64,000 nucleotides of DNA from Desulfuromonadales bacterium (lineage in GTDB: Bacteria > Desulfobacterota > Desulfuromonadia > Desulfuromonadales > SZUA-540). Positions within the stretch are counted from its first letter, which is position 1; each line of letters opens with the position of its first letter. Where the stretch lies: the NCBI GenBank assembly GCA_033549025.1, contig JAWSUS010000011.1:1-64000 (forward strand), in the 5' to 3' direction. Position numbers and translations under genes: made by a program. Below are positions 37,513-48,400 of the stretch, piece after piece. The notes beneath the pieces are model-generated. The model worked only from the letters and a program-made list of their open reading frames with translations. It had not been told where the DNA came from and searched no databases.

Positions 37513-38325
37513 ATGAAGGACAGCAGCAAAAAACCAAACGGTGCAGCGCCAGAGTCCATGCCGGACATGCAGAAGGAGAGAGATACGCGCAACATTGCCA
37601 TCGACAAGGTGGGGGTGAAGGATATCCGCTATCCCATCGTGGTGCTGGATAAAAGCCGCGAAAGCCAGCATACCGTGGCGCGCATCAACATGTATGTCGA
37701 CCTGCCGCACCACTTCAAGGGAACCCACATGAGCCGTTTCGTGGAGATTCTCAACCAGTATCGCGGCGAGATCAGCATCGAGAGCCTCGACACCATCCTG
37801 CAGGACATGAAGGATCGCCTCGACGCCTCCTGCGCCCACATGGAACTGGAATTTCCCTATTTCATCGAAAAGGAGGCCCCGGCCTCCGGCGCCAAGGGGT
37901 TGATGGAATATCAGTGCCAGATGATCGGCACCCTCGGCCAGGAGGCCGACTTCATCCTCGGAGCCACCGTGCCGGTGACCTCCCTCTGTCCCTGCTCCCG
38001 TGAGATCAGCGCCCGTGGCGCCCACAACCAGCGCAGCGCCATCCATGTGCAGATCCGCTACCGGGGCCATGTCTGGCTCGAAGACCTCATCGCCTGGGTG
38101 GAGGCCTGCGGCAGCGCGCCCGTCTACGCCCTGCTCAAGCGCGAAGACGAAAAGGCCGTCACCGAGCAGGCCTATGACAACCCCATGTTTGTCGAAGACA
38201 TCGTGCGGGCCGTCACTCAGAAGCTCAAGGCGGTCGACGAGATTCTCTGGTTCCGGGTCGAATGCGAAAACTTTGAGTCGATCCACAACCATTCCGCCTA
38301 TGCCCTCGTCGAGTGGACCCGCTGA
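37513..38325 (+). CDS. folE2: GTP cyclohydrolase IB
   Basis: KGTHMSRF, TSLCPCS, AHNQR, FESIHNH. Confidence 0.95.
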   Translation: MKDSSKKPNGAAPESMPDMQKERDTRNIAIDKVGVKDIRYPIVVLDKSRESQHTVARINMYVDLPHHFKGTHMSRFVEILNQYRGEISIESLDTILQDMKDRLDASCAHMELEFPYFIEKEAPASGAKGLMEYQCQMIGTLGQEADFILGATVPVTSLCPCSREISARGAHNQRSAIHVQIRYRGHVWLEDLIAWVEACGSAPVYALLKREDEKAVTEQAYDNPMFVEDIVRAVTQKLKAVDEILWFRVECENFESIHNHSAYALVEWTR

Positions 38326-39077
38326 ATTCCAGCCCTGTGGATAAGCCTGTGGAAAATGTGAATAAGGAAGGAATTTCCGGTGGGGCATTTCCCTCAGACC
38401 TCTTGGGGCATCATCTGGGCATATTCGCCAAGGAACCGATCCCCGGACAGGTAAAGACACGGCTGAGCCCACCTTTGACCCCGGCGGAGGCCGCTCGGCT
38501 CTATGAGGTCTGCCTGCAGGAGACAGTACAGCGCCTGCGCGAAACGGATGTCGCCCTTACCCTCTTTTATACCGGTTCAGAAGCCTATTTTCGCCGGATC
38601 TTCCCCGACATTGTCTTGCAGCCCCAGGAAGGAAACGACCTCGGAGAGCGCCTGGAGAGAGCTCTGAGCTTCCTGTTCAATCAGGGGGCGACCGGCGCCG
38701 CCCTGGTCGGCTCGGACAGCCCCGATATCCCTTTGCCCCTGGTGAAGGAGGCGTTTGAGCTTCTGGGTGAAGCCAAAGCCCTCACCATTCCCGCGCGGGA
38801 TGGCGGCTATGTCCTCGTCGGCGAAGGGAGCCACCACCCCCGGCTCTTCCGTGATATTCCCTGGAGTACGGACCAGGTCCTGTCGGAAACGCGGTGCCGG
38901 GTCGCTGAATTGAACCTGGACTATCGGGAGCTGGCCCCCTGGGATGATGTCGATGACCTTCCCTCGCTGGGGCGACTGCTCGAACGTTCCCCCGCGTGCG
39001 AGACGGCCTGTTTCGTGCGGGCTCATCTGACGAAATATCTGAGTTTAATCGAAGGGTTAAAAAGTCAAAGGGGTTGA
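38313..39077 (+). CDS. CofC-like/DUF2064 transferase
   Basis: FAKEPIPGQVKTRL, QEGNDLGERL, GSDSP, DGGY, DVDD. True start probably downstream. Confidence 0.82.
   Translation: MDPLNSSPVDKPVENVNKEGISGGAFPSDLLGHHLGIFAKEPIPGQVKTRLSPPLTPAEAARLYEVCLQETVQRLRETDVALTLFYTGSEAYFRRIFPDIVLQPQEGNDLGERLERALSFLFNQGATGAALVGSDSPDIPLPLVKEAFELLGEAKALTIPARDGGYVLVGEGSHHPRLFRDIPWSTDQVLSETRCRVAELNLDYRELAPWDDVDDLPSLGRLLERSPACETACFVRAHLTKYLSLIEGLKSQRG
38336..38365. promoter_or_regulatory. Cluster of three co-oriented DnaA boxes
   Basis: TGTGGATAA (38336), TGTGGAAAA (38348), TGTGAATAA (38357). Confidence 0.75.
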
Positions 39078-39105
39078 TTTTGCGGGTTTTTCCAGCCGAT
39101 AGACA

Positions 39106-39134
39106 TTGACAGACGCAGGAGGATAACCGATAAT
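39106..39134 (+). promoter_or_regulatory. Sigma70 promoter of tol-pal
   Basis: TTGACA-17nt-GATAAT. Confidence 0.65.
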
Positions 39135-39178
39135 TCACCCCTTGTACGGACGCGTACTACCTAAAAGGAGGCCTTATT

Positions 39179-39850
39179 TTGGATCTCATCCTGAACGCCG
39201 GACCGGTCGTCAAACTGGTCATGTTGATACTGGCCTATTTTTCCATCGTCAGCTGGGCCATCATTTTTTTCAAGTTTCGTGAAATCCACCGAGCCACCAA
39301 AGATTCCTCCGGTTTTCTCGATTTTTTCTGGAGCAAGAAACGTCTGGACGTCATCGGCCAGGGACTCAAGGATTTCCGCCACTCCCCCCTGACCGTCCTC
39401 TTCCGCGAAGGCTATCAGGAGCTGCTCAAGGATCAGCGCCGCCGGGATCCCGACGAAGAGCCGGCCTTCTCCGCTGACCTCGGGCGGGCCGAGAGTGTGG
39501 CCCGCGCCCTGCGTCGGGCCACCACCCAGGAGACGCAGCGCCTGGAAAAGTTCCTCACCTTTCTGGCCACTACCGGTTCGACGGCCCCCTTTATCGGTCT
39601 GTTCGGCACCGTCTGGGGCATCATGGACTCCTTCCGTGGCATCGGCCAGACCGGCAGCGCCTCGTTGGCCGTTGTCGCCCCGGGGATCTCCGAAGCCCTG
39701 GTGGCCACGGCCATCGGCCTGGTGGCGGCCATCCCCGCCGTGGTGGGCTACAACCATTTTGTCAACAAGGTCAATGTGCTCACGGGCGAGATGGATAATT
39801 TCAGTCAGGAATTCCTCAATATCGTCGAGCGCATGGGACGGAGAGGCTGA
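39179..39850 (+). CDS. tolQ: TolQ
   Basis: [25 protein letters not shown] start after AAGGAGG. Confidence 0.96.
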   Translation: MDLILNAGPVVKLVMLILAYFSIVSWAIIFFKFREIHRATKDSSGFLDFFWSKKRLDVIGQGLKDFRHSPLTVLFREGYQELLKDQRRRDPDEEPAFSADLGRAESVARALRRATTQETQRLEKFLTFLATTGSTAPFIGLFGTVWGIMDSFRGIGQTGSASLAVVAPGISEALVATAIGLVAAIPAVVGYNHFVNKVNVLTGEMDNFSQEFLNIVERMGRRG

Positions 39851-39852
39851 AG

Positions 39853-40275
39853 ATGGAAGTCGGTCGGCGTGACAGCAGCAGTCGCAGAGCCCTGTCCCAG
39901 ATCAACGTCACCCCCTTTGTCGATGTCATGCTGGTGCTGCTCATCATCTTCATGGTGACGGCGCCGATGATGGATCAGGGCGTCGAGGTCAACCTGCCGG
40001 AGGTCGCCGAGGCTCCGACCCTGGAGGCGGCCAACGACCCGCTCATCCTCACCGTTGACAAGCAGGGCGCCATTTCGATCGGGCGCTCCCGGGTAGACAA
40101 TGCGGACAAGCTCGTCCCCGTCCTGGAGCAGATGCTCAGCACACGCAAGGAGAAGGAGGTCTTTTTGCAGGCGGACCGGGATGTCCCCTACGGCAAGGTC
40201 GTGCAGGTTATGGCGGCCGTGCGCAAGGCCGGCGTCAGCAAGATGGGGATGGTGTCGCAGCCCCCGGAGCGCTGA
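39853..40275 (+). CDS. tolR: TolR
   Basis: INVTPFVDVMLVLLIIFM. Confidence 0.96.
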   Translation: MEVGRRDSSSRRALSQINVTPFVDVMLVLLIIFMVTAPMMDQGVEVNLPEVAEAPTLEAANDPLILTVDKQGAISIGRSRVDNADKLVPVLEQMLSTRKEKEVFLQADRDVPYGKVVQVMAAVRKAGVSKMGMVSQPPER

Positions 40276-40310
40276 AATGAGGCTGCGGATGCGGGCACGG
40301 ATAACCTGAT

Positions 40311-41156
40311 ATGAAGACAGTCAAGCAGACAGCTCCGAGCGCGCCTCGATCCGCGGCGCCTTCCGGTTTGGGACGTATGGTGATTCTGTCGCTGGCGGCC
40401 CACCTGGCTGTGGTCCTGTCGTTTACCGTCGGCCTCATTCCCCTGCGGCAGACGCCGCCACGGGAAGTCTATCACGTCGACCTGGTGAACCTGCCGGTGA
40501 AAGACCCGCAAGCCGGCCGGCCCGACGCCCGTCCGACGGAAAGCAAAAAACCGGAGCCGCCCAAGCCGGCCCCACCGCCGGCCCAGCCCAAGCCGGCGCC
40601 ACCCGCCCCCAAGGTCGAAGCCAAACCTGCGCCTAAACCCGCTCCCAAGCCGGCCCCGAAACCGGTAGCCTCTGTCAAGCCGGTGGCAAAGCCAGCCGAG
40701 AAAAAGGCCGCCGCCCCGGCGGCGCAGTCAGACCCCCTGAAGGCTATCGAGGAGATGCGGCGGCGGCAGGAGGTGGAAGAGCTGAAACAGAAGCTGGCCC
40801 GTCTGAGCCAGAGCGACACGCGCAGCCCGTCGACCAGCCAGGCCCCCGTAGGTATGCCGACGGGTAAGGGGACCGAAGCAGGGGTCTCCTACGACGCCTG
40901 GATTCACGATTACCTCAAGGCGGCCTGGAGTCTGTCCAAATATCAGGTGGGACGTCTTGATCTCGAGGCAAGGGTGCGACTGCAGTTCGACGCCCGCGGG
41001 AATCTGCGTAATTACGAGTTCACCAAGGAGTCGGGGGACAGCCGTTTTGACGACTCGGTCCGTCGGGCCATCCTGCAGCTTAAGGAGTTACCGAATGAAC
41101 CAGGGCGCCCCCTCGACCTGAACGTGACATTCAACCTCAAAGATCTGCTGGAGTAA
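40311..41156 (+). CDS. tolA: TolA/TonB-like protein with Pro-Lys-Ala repeats
   Basis: TM helix with S..H motif, KPAP repeats, TonB_C-like end; lies between tolR and tolB. Confidence 0.85.
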   Translation: MKTVKQTAPSAPRSAAPSGLGRMVILSLAAHLAVVLSFTVGLIPLRQTPPREVYHVDLVNLPVKDPQAGRPDARPTESKKPEPPKPAPPPAQPKPAPPAPKVEAKPAPKPAPKPAPKPVASVKPVAKPAEKKAAAPAAQSDPLKAIEEMRRRQEVEELKQKLARLSQSDTRSPSTSQAPVGMPTGKGTEAGVSYDAWIHDYLKAAWSLSKYQVGRLDLEARVRLQFDARGNLRNYEFTKESGDSRFDDSVRRAILQLKELPNEPGRPLDLNVTFNLKDLLE

Positions 41157-41159
41157 TCC

Positions 41160-42455
41160 ATGATACGTACCTGTTGGCTGTTGCTGTTACTGCTGTTGTC
41201 CTCGAGCCTGCCTGCCGCCGCCCAGATCATCATAAGCGCCCCAGGCAAGCAGGCCATTCCCCTGGCGGTGACCGAATTTCTGCCCTTGCCGGGTCAGAGC
41301 GCCCGCCCGGAGGTGGCCCGCGAGCTGGACGAGCTGCTGCGAGGCGATTTTGACCTTTCCGGCCTCTTCGCCTTGCTGCCGCGGGAATCCTACCTCAGCG
41401 ATGCCTCCCGGCTGACCCTGAACAGCGCCGAAGTGAACTTTGAGCAGTGGCGCCTGCTCGGCGCCCAGTCCCTCGTCAAAGGCGGTTATGCCGTGCAGGG
41501 GGACGAATTGGTTATCGAGGCCCGGTTGTTCGATGTGGGCAGTCGCCGCATGCTGACCGGGCGGCGCTATCAGGGCAAGCTGGCCGACCTGCGCCGCATG
41601 GGGCATACCTTCGCCGATCAGGTGCTCAAAGGACTCACCGGGGAACTGGGGCCGTTCAATACCCGCATCGCTTTTGTCGGTTCTCACAGTGGTCATAAAG
41701 AGCTGTATCTGATGGATGTAGACGGTCGCAACGTCAAGCGCATCACCGACCATCGCTCCATCGTCCTCAATCCCGATTTTTCCCCTATCGGCAAGGAGAT
41801 TCTGTTCACCTCCTACAAGGGCGGCAACCCCGATCTCTATCGTAAGGAAATCTATTCCGGGCGCGAAGCGCGGTTTTCCTATCGGCGGGGTCTGAACATC
41901 TCCGGCCGCTATCGGTCGGACGGCAAGGAGGTCGCCGCCACCCTGTCGCGGGACGGCAACGCCGAGATCTACCTCATTGGTATGAACAGCGCCATTCACA
42001 AACGACTGACCAACAGCTGGGGAATCGATGTCGATCCCACCTGGAGTCCCCGTGGCGATGAGATCGCCTTCGTCTCCGACCGGCTGGGCAATCCGCATAT
42101 CTTCATTGTCGATGTCATCAAGGGCGAGGTCCGGCGGTTGACCCGGGACGGCAAATACAATGCCACCCCGGCCTGGAGCCCCAAGGGGGACCGTCTCGTC
42201 TTCAGCCGTCTGGAAGGGGGCGTCTTTGACATCTTCACCATTCGCCCCGATGGCAGCGATGAGCGCCGACTGACCTTCGGGCCCGGCAGCAAGGAACATC
42301 CCCGCTGGAGCCCCGACGGACGATTTATCGTCTATTCCTCCGACGAAAAGGGCGAAAAAGCCATTTACATCATGCGGGCTGACGGCAGCGGCTCCCGTCA
42401 GATATCGCCGTCAGGGGGGGAAAGCCGGCATCCGGCCTGGTCTTCTTCCTGGTAA
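41160..42455 (+). CDS. tolB: TolB
   Basis: Signal peptide, P.WSP.G beta-propeller repeats. Confidence 0.95.
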   Translation: MIRTCWLLLLLLLSSSLPAAAQIIISAPGKQAIPLAVTEFLPLPGQSARPEVARELDELLRGDFDLSGLFALLPRESYLSDASRLTLNSAEVNFEQWRLLGAQSLVKGGYAVQGDELVIEARLFDVGSRRMLTGRRYQGKLADLRRMGHTFADQVLKGLTGELGPFNTRIAFVGSHSGHKELYLMDVDGRNVKRITDHRSIVLNPDFSPIGKEILFTSYKGGNPDLYRKEIYSGREARFSYRRGLNISGRYRSDGKEVAATLSRDGNAEIYLIGMNSAIHKRLTNSWGIDVDPTWSPRGDEIAFVSDRLGNPHIFIVDVIKGEVRRLTRDGKYNATPAWSPKGDRLVFSRLEGGVFDIFTIRPDGSDERRLTFGPGSKEHPRWSPDGRFIVYSSDEKGEKAIYIMRADGSGSRQISPSGGESRHPAWSSSW

Positions 42456-42568
42456 ATAGGTTGTTTTTTCTCCGCGGTTACGTATATGATTTCCATGATT
42501 TTTGCATCGCAAGCCGTCCATATTCGAAGTTCTCTATAATGCAGTATTTCTGAAAGGAGTCTAGGATC

Positions 42569-43123
42569 ATGAATGTACGTCAGTTTGGAAAAGGGATTTT
42601 TCTGGGGATATTGGTAGCGCTGCTGGCGACTGGCTGCGCCAAAAAGCCGGCTCCGAGTGACACTTTGGAGTCCGATCAGGCAGGCTTCACCCAGGAGACC
42701 GTTCCGTCCGATGGCGGCGGCTTCCAGGAGCAGTCCTTCGACGAACAGGCCTTTACCGAGTCACCCGGGCTGGTTGACGCCGACGTGATCACCGGTCTTG
42801 AGCGGGTCTTCTTTGAGTTCGACCAATACACGCTGAGCGAGCAGTCCCGGGAAGTGCTGGCCAACAACGCCCAGTACCTGAAAAACAACCCTGGCGTCAA
42901 AGTGGTCATTGAGGGGCACTGCGACGAGCGCGGTTCCGACGAGTACAACCTGGCTTTGGGTGAGCGCCGGGCGGCCGCGGCCAAAAACTATGTCGTTTCT
43001 CTTGGCGTGGCAGAAGATCGCATGACGATCATCTCCTACGGCGAGGAAATCCCTCTCGATCCCAGCACCTCGGAAGAGGCCTGGGCCAAGAACCGGCGGG
43101 CTGAATTCAAGGCCGTTCGCTGA
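42569..43123 (+). CDS. pal: Peptidoglycan-associated lipoprotein
   Basis: Lipobox, EGHCDERGSDEYNLALGERRA, SYGEE, NRRAE. Confidence 0.97.
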   Translation: MNVRQFGKGIFLGILVALLATGCAKKPAPSDTLESDQAGFTQETVPSDGGGFQEQSFDEQAFTESPGLVDADVITGLERVFFEFDQYTLSEQSREVLANNAQYLKNNPGVKVVIEGHCDERGSDEYNLALGERRAAAAKNYVVSLGVAEDRMTIISYGEEIPLDPSTSEEAWAKNRRAEFKAVR

Positions 43124-43136
43124 TAGTCGCTGTTAA

Positions 43137-43168
43137 GGGGCTGTGTCGCAGAAGCACAGCCCCCGTTT
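43137..43168 (+). terminator. Terminator-like hairpin after pal
   Basis: GGGGCTGTG...CACAGCCCC-GTTTT. Confidence 0.65.
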
Positions 43169-43186
43169 TGCCGCTGAAGGAGAAAA

Positions 43187-43975
43187 ATGGTGAAAGGGTG
43201 GAAAGTAATCGTGCTGATGGGGATGCTGGCGGTCATGACGGCTGGCTGCATACCGACCCAGCGAGACCTGCGCATGGAACGGGATCTCGAGGAGATGAAG
43301 CGCCGGCTGGCCTCCTTTGAACGCAATGCGGCCCTGCAGCGCCAGGCCGCGCCGGGCGAAAGACGTCTGGACGAGGTTGGCCGTCAGGTCGCTGATCTCC
43401 AGGCGGCGGTGGACACCTTGCGCGTGGATGTGCAGGCCGTCAGTGGCCGGATGGAAGACCTCACCCGCCAGCGTGAGGAAACTCGTGAGGAAATGGCCCT
43501 GATCCGCGATGATCTGAGCCTGAAGGTTTCTTCCCTTGAAGACAGGATGGCTGGCCTGACAGCAGGAGCGATCTCTCCGGCCGGCACTAATACGTCAGCC
43601 TCGTCCCCCGAGGCACTTTACGAGGAAGGTCTGGCGCTGATCCGCCAGCAGGGCAACTTTGTCGATGGTCGTAAAAGGATGAGCGATTTCGTGCAGGATC
43701 ATGCTGCTCATCCCCTCGCCGTCAACGCCATGTACTGGATCGGCGAGGCCTACTATGGCGAGAAGAAATACGAAAACGCCATTTTGCAGTTTCAGGATGT
43801 GATTCAGAAATATCCGGACAACCCCAAGGCGCCGGCCGCCATGTTGAAGCAGGGCCTGGCCTTTCACGCCCTTGGCGACATCAAGAATGCCAAGGTCATC
43901 ATGCAGAAGGTGATGGAGACTTACCCCAAGTCGGCGGAAGCCGAAAAAGCGCGCGAACGCCTGGCCGCCTGGTAG
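43187..43975 (+). CDS. cpoB: Tol-pal system protein CpoB (YbgF)
   Basis: Lipobox, coiled coil, TPR (NAMYWIGE); follows pal. Confidence 0.9.
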   Translation: MVKGWKVIVLMGMLAVMTAGCIPTQRDLRMERDLEEMKRRLASFERNAALQRQAAPGERRLDEVGRQVADLQAAVDTLRVDVQAVSGRMEDLTRQREETREEMALIRDDLSLKVSSLEDRMAGLTAGAISPAGTNTSASSPEALYEEGLALIRQQGNFVDGRKRMSDFVQDHAAHPLAVNAMYWIGEAYYGEKKYENAILQFQDVIQKYPDNPKAPAAMLKQGLAFHALGDIKNAKVIMQKVMETYPKSAEAEKARERLAAW

Positions 43976-44003
43976 CCAGGAGCGCATCATATCGACAGTT
44001 CAG

Positions 44004-44039
44004 ACAGAAAAGGCGGCCGCAGGCCGCCTTTTCTGTTTT
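44004..44039. terminator. Bidirectional terminator
   Basis: ACAGAAAAGGCGGCC-GCA-GGCCGCCTTTTCTGT. Confidence 0.88.
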
Positions 44040-44061
44040 AAGCGAAAGATTTCTGGATGAG

Positions 44062-44532
44062 CTATTTGACAATCAGCCAGGAGCCGTCCGGCTGCCGGCA
44101 GGCGGTGCCGTAGGCCAGCTGCTGCTGCCCGCCGATAATGACGGTTTGCTGGTATTCCCGGCAGTACTGGTTTTCGGCGGCCTGATAGGTGCGTACGGGG
44201 GTGAAGGTGCCCGAGTTGCCGCTGTCGGGGTTAACCCAGTTGGTTGTCTGGTTGGTCCGGGTGTATTCCAAGGCATACTGGGCGTTCTGCTCCATGGCCA
44301 AGCGATCGGCACGGTCAAGGGAACGTCCGATCTCCTGCCCGAGCAAAGCGCCGGCCAAAGTCCCGACCGCAACGGCAACCAGACGGCCCCGCCCCGAACC
44401 AACCTGCGCGCCAAGCAGGGCGCCGCCGGTGGCGCCCAGGAGCGTACCGGTCTCTTCTTTGGGGCCGGCAGTCGGAGCACAACCGGTTAAAACCAAAGCC
44501 ACCAAAGTGATCATCGCGAGCATTTTTTTCAT
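44062..44532 (-). CDS. Glycine-zipper 17 kDa surface-antigen-type lipoprotein
   Basis: Lipobox LTGC, Gly zipper, W.NPDSG, CREY..GTACRQPDGSW. Confidence 0.9.
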   Translation of the reverse strand: MKKMLAMITLVALVLTGCAPTAGPKEETGTLLGATGGALLGAQVGSGRGRLVAVAVGTLAGALLGQEIGRSLDRADRLAMEQNAQYALEYTRTNQTTNWVNPDSGNSGTFTPVRTYQAAENQYCREYQQTVIIGGQQQLAYGTACRQPDGSWLIVK

Positions 44533-44593
44533 TGCCCTATTCCCCATAATTAAAGTGTGTTCGATAGCAAAAGGCTCAGGACGGATGCATTCG

Positions 44594-44621
44594 AGTATAG
44601 CGGTGGCCTGCCAGCTGTCAA
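44594..44621 (-). promoter_or_regulatory. Sigma70 promoter of the lipoprotein gene
   Basis: Minus strand TTGACA-16nt-TATACT. Confidence 0.6.
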
Positions 44622-44819
44622 GCAAGGCCCCGGGATAGGGGCCGAGGCCGCACGGATAACGGCCTATGGCACCTGCGTGGCCGGCCGCCTATTTGATGGG
44701 TGCTTATCTTGACGAAGGAGCAGGATATGGTAGGAGATGAGTAGGGAATACATGCCTTATAAACTTCGTGCCCTTGTTTGATTCCCCGATTTCCATTCTT
44801 TTTTGATTCTTTCCACGCT

Positions 44820-44837
44820 TTTTGACCCAGGTCAAAA
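44820..44837. promoter_or_regulatory. Crp/Fnr-family (HcpR-type) box upstream of nar
   Basis: TTTTGAC-CCAG-GTCAAAA palindrome about 95 nt before narC. Confidence 0.8.
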
Positions 44838-44930
44838 ATAAAAATAAAAAAGCGTTCTATAAAAAGCTATCGGTCTTTATGGCCGAGGTGGATTCTCTTT
44901 CTTTTTCAGTCAGGGGCAGGAGGTTTCCTT

Positions 44931-45470
44931 ATGGTCACGGTGGGACAATGGCGTGCAGCCCTGTTGCTGGGCATCCTGTTATTCGTTTTAGCCCTGCCGG
45001 CTGGCGCCCAGCCGCAGGCGGCAGATCCGCAGCGGGGTGAGGCGCTTTATGTGGGGACGGAGCCATTTGCAGCCGGGGGGGCTCCCTGTCTTGGCTGTCA
45101 TGGTATTGCCGGCGCAGGGTTGGGCTTAGCCGGCGGCTCCAATTTCGGGCCTGATCTTACGGCTATTCATGATAACTACGGGGAAGAGGGGGTGGCCTTC
45201 GTATTGGAAGATCTGGCCTCTTTTCCCAGCATGACTCCCCTCTACACCGGACGTCCCCTGACGGCCGCTGAGCAGGCTGACCTTGCTGCCTTTCTGGCCG
45301 AAGTGGCTGGCCGCGCGCCACTACAGGCCGGCAGCCAGGTGGTGGCTCATGGGGCCATCGGCGCTTTGGCGGTAGTGGCCCTGTTGTTTCTGTTTGGCTG
45401 GAAGCGCCTTAAGGGCGTGCGCCGGCACCTGGTGGCCAAGGCTCACCTGAGCAAGGGAGGTCTGCAATGA
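44931..45470 (+). CDS. Monohaem c-type cytochrome, membrane anchored (NarC-like)
   Basis: Signal peptide, CLGCH, GPDLT, distal Met, C-terminal TM helix; ATGA overlap with narG. Confidence 0.85.
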   Translation: MVTVGQWRAALLLGILLFVLALPAGAQPQAADPQRGEALYVGTEPFAAGGAPCLGCHGIAGAGLGLAGGSNFGPDLTAIHDNYGEEGVAFVLEDLASFPSMTPLYTGRPLTAAEQADLAAFLAEVAGRAPLQAGSQVVAHGAIGALAVVALLFLFGWKRLKGVRRHLVAKAHLSKGGLQ

Positions 45471-48400
45471 GCTGGATTAAGGATATTTTTGACCCCAAGG
45501 CACGCGCCTGGGAGGAGTTCTATCGCAACCGTCACCAGTGTGACAAGGTTGTTCGCAGTACCCATGGTGTTAACTGCACCGGCAGCTGCTCCTGGAACGT
45601 TCACGTCAAGGATGGCATTGTTGCCTGGGAGCTGCAGGCCACGGACTACCCGGAACTGGAGGAGGGGATTCCCCCCTACGAACCGCGGGGCTGCCCACGC
45701 GGAGCCGCCTTCTCCTGGTACATCTACAGCCCGCTGCGCATCAAATATCCCTACCTGCGCGGCGTCCTCATGGATCTCTGGCGGCAGGCGAAAGAGGACC
45801 ATAAGGATCCCGTGGCCGCCTGGGCTGCCATTGTCGAGAATGCCGAGAGCCGCAGCCGTTATCAGCAGGCCCGAGGCAAGGGGGGCTTCCGCCGCAGCAG
45901 TTGGGAAGAGGTGGAGGAGATGATCGCCGCCTCGACCATTTACACCATCAAGAAATACGGGGCCGATCGCCTTATCGGCTTCTCTCCCATCCCGGCCATG
46001 TCCATGCTCAGCTTCGCCGGGGGGTCCCGCTTCATGCAGCTGATGGGCGGCGTCAACCTGAGTTTTTACGACTGGTACTGCGACCTGCCCAATGCGTCTC
46101 CCGAAATATGGGGGGAGCAGACGGATGTGGCCGAAAGCGCCGACTGGTACAACAGCAAATACATCGCCGTAGTCGGCTCCAATGTCGATATGACCCGCAC
46201 CCCCGATGCCCACTATCTGGTGGAGGCGCGCCACAACGGTTCCAAGGTCACCGTTCTGTCTCCAGACTTTAATGTCACCGCCAAGCACGCCGATTGGTGG
46301 ATTCCCGCTCATGCCGGCCAGGACGGCGTCTTCTGGATGGCCGTCAACCACGTCATCCTTAAGGAATTTCACGCCGAGGGCAAGACGCCCTTTTTCTTCG
46401 ACTACCTCAAGCGTTACACGGACAGCCCCTTCCTCATCCAGCTGGAAGAGACGGGGGGAGGGTACCGGCCGGGCCGTATGCTGTCGGCTGCTTCGCTGGC
46501 GCGCTACAGGGAGGAAGAGAACGCGGCCTTCAAGTACCTGATCTGGGATGAAGGCGGGCAGCAGCCGCGCATGCCTCTAGGCACGCTGGGCTTCCGCTGG
46601 CAGGAGAAAAAGGGAGAGTGGAACCTGCAGATGAAGGACGGCCAGGATGGACAGGAGCTTTCCCCGGCGCTGAGCCTGCTCGAAGGCCGGGAAGGGGTTC
46701 TGGAGGTCGATTTCGACGATTTTGGCGCTGGCCGGGCGACCCGACGGGGCGTTCCCGTCCGTTACGTGCAGACCCACGACGGACCAGTGGCCGTTACGAC
46801 CATCTACGATCTGCTGATGGCCCAGTTCGGCGTCGGTCGTGGTCTTGCTGGTGACTATCCTGGCAGCTACGACGACGACAGCGGTGTCTATACTCCGGCC
46901 TGGCAGGAGAAATTCACCGGCATCGACCGCACCGGTGTCATCCAGTTCGCCCGGGAGTGGGCCGCCACGGCGGAGAAGACAGAAGGCAAGTGCTCAATCA
47001 TCATCGGGGCGGGGGTCAACCACTGGTATCACGCCAATCTGATTTACCGCGCCGGCATCGTCGCCCTCATGCTTTGCGGCTGTGTCGGCCGCAACGGCGG
47101 TGGTCTCAACCATTACGTGGGCCAGGAAAAACTGGCGCCGGTGGCCCCCTGGGCGACTATCGCCGGCGCCCTGGACTGGTCACGGCCCCCGCGTTTCCAG
47201 AATACGCCTTCCTTCCACTACGTCCACAGCGATCAATGGCGCTACGAGCGAACGGCCGACGAGGTGCGCATCAATCCCGTGGCGCAGGAGACTCCCTTAA
47301 GTGCCGACCACACCATAGACCATCAGATCCGCGCCGTCAGGCAGGGCTGGCTGCCGTTCTATCCCCAATTCGACCGCAGTCCCGCCGAGGTCGTGGAGCA
47401 GGCTCGGGCAGCCGGCGCCTCTGACAACCAGGGGATCGTCGATTGGACGGTGAAGCAGTTGGTGGACAAAAAGATGAAGTTCGCCGTCGAAGACCCCGAC
47501 GCGCCGGAAAACTGGCCGCGGGTCTGGTTCATCTGGCGGGGCAATGCCCTCATGTCCAGCGGCAAGGGGCATGAGTATTTTCTCAAGCACTATCTCGGCA
47601 CCCACCACAGCAGCGTGGCGCCGGAGACCGCCCGGGAGTCGATCAAGGAGGTTCGCTGGCACGATCAGGCGCCGGAAGGAAAGCTGGATCTGGTCGTCGA
47701 CATCAACTTCCGTATGGATACCACAGCCCTCTACTCCGACATTGTTCTGCCTACGGCGACCTGGTATGAAAAGGACGATCTCAGCAGTACAGACATGCAT
47801 TCTTTTATCCATCCCATGCAGGAGGCCGTGCCGCCCTGTTGGGAATCGAAGAGCGACTGGGACATCTTTAAGGGGCTGGCCAAGCGGGTGAGTCAGCTGG
47901 CCGAAGTGCATCTGCCGAAACCGGTGCGTGATATTGTTGCCGTCCCTCTGCAGCACGACACCCCCGCCGAAATGGCGCAGCCGACCATTCGCGACTGGAG
48001 CAAGGGGGAGTGCGAGGCCATCCCTGGCAAGACCATGCCCGGCCTGGTAGTGGTGGAGCGGGACTATGTCAACCTCTACAACCGCTTCATCTCTTTTGGT
48101 CCCGGCGCCCGCCAGCACGGCATCGGCGCCCACGGTCTCTCCTGGTCCATCGAAGATTTCTACGATGACCTGAAGCGGACCAATCCGACGGTTTCCTGGA
48201 ACGGCCAGGATTTCCCGTCCCTGGCAGAGGCTCGGGATGCGGCCAACGTCATTCTTGCCCTGGCGCCGGAGACCAACGGCGAGGCGGCCTATCGCGCCTA
48301 CCAGGCCGAAGAGAAGAAAGTCGGCCTCCCCCTGTGTGATCTGGCCGAAGGCAACCGCAACGTCCGCACGACCTTCGACGACCTCAATGCCCGCCCCCGC

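Noticed and set aside
40545..40720. 12-nt quasi-repeats
   Set aside because: They encode the KPAP linker of TolA; not a CRISPR or independent repeat array.
44626..44760. Possible Moco RNA motif before the nar operon
   Set aside because: Only scattered short similarities; it lies upstream of the Crp/Fnr box and lacks the characteristic 3' segment. A covariance-model search (Rfam) would settle it.
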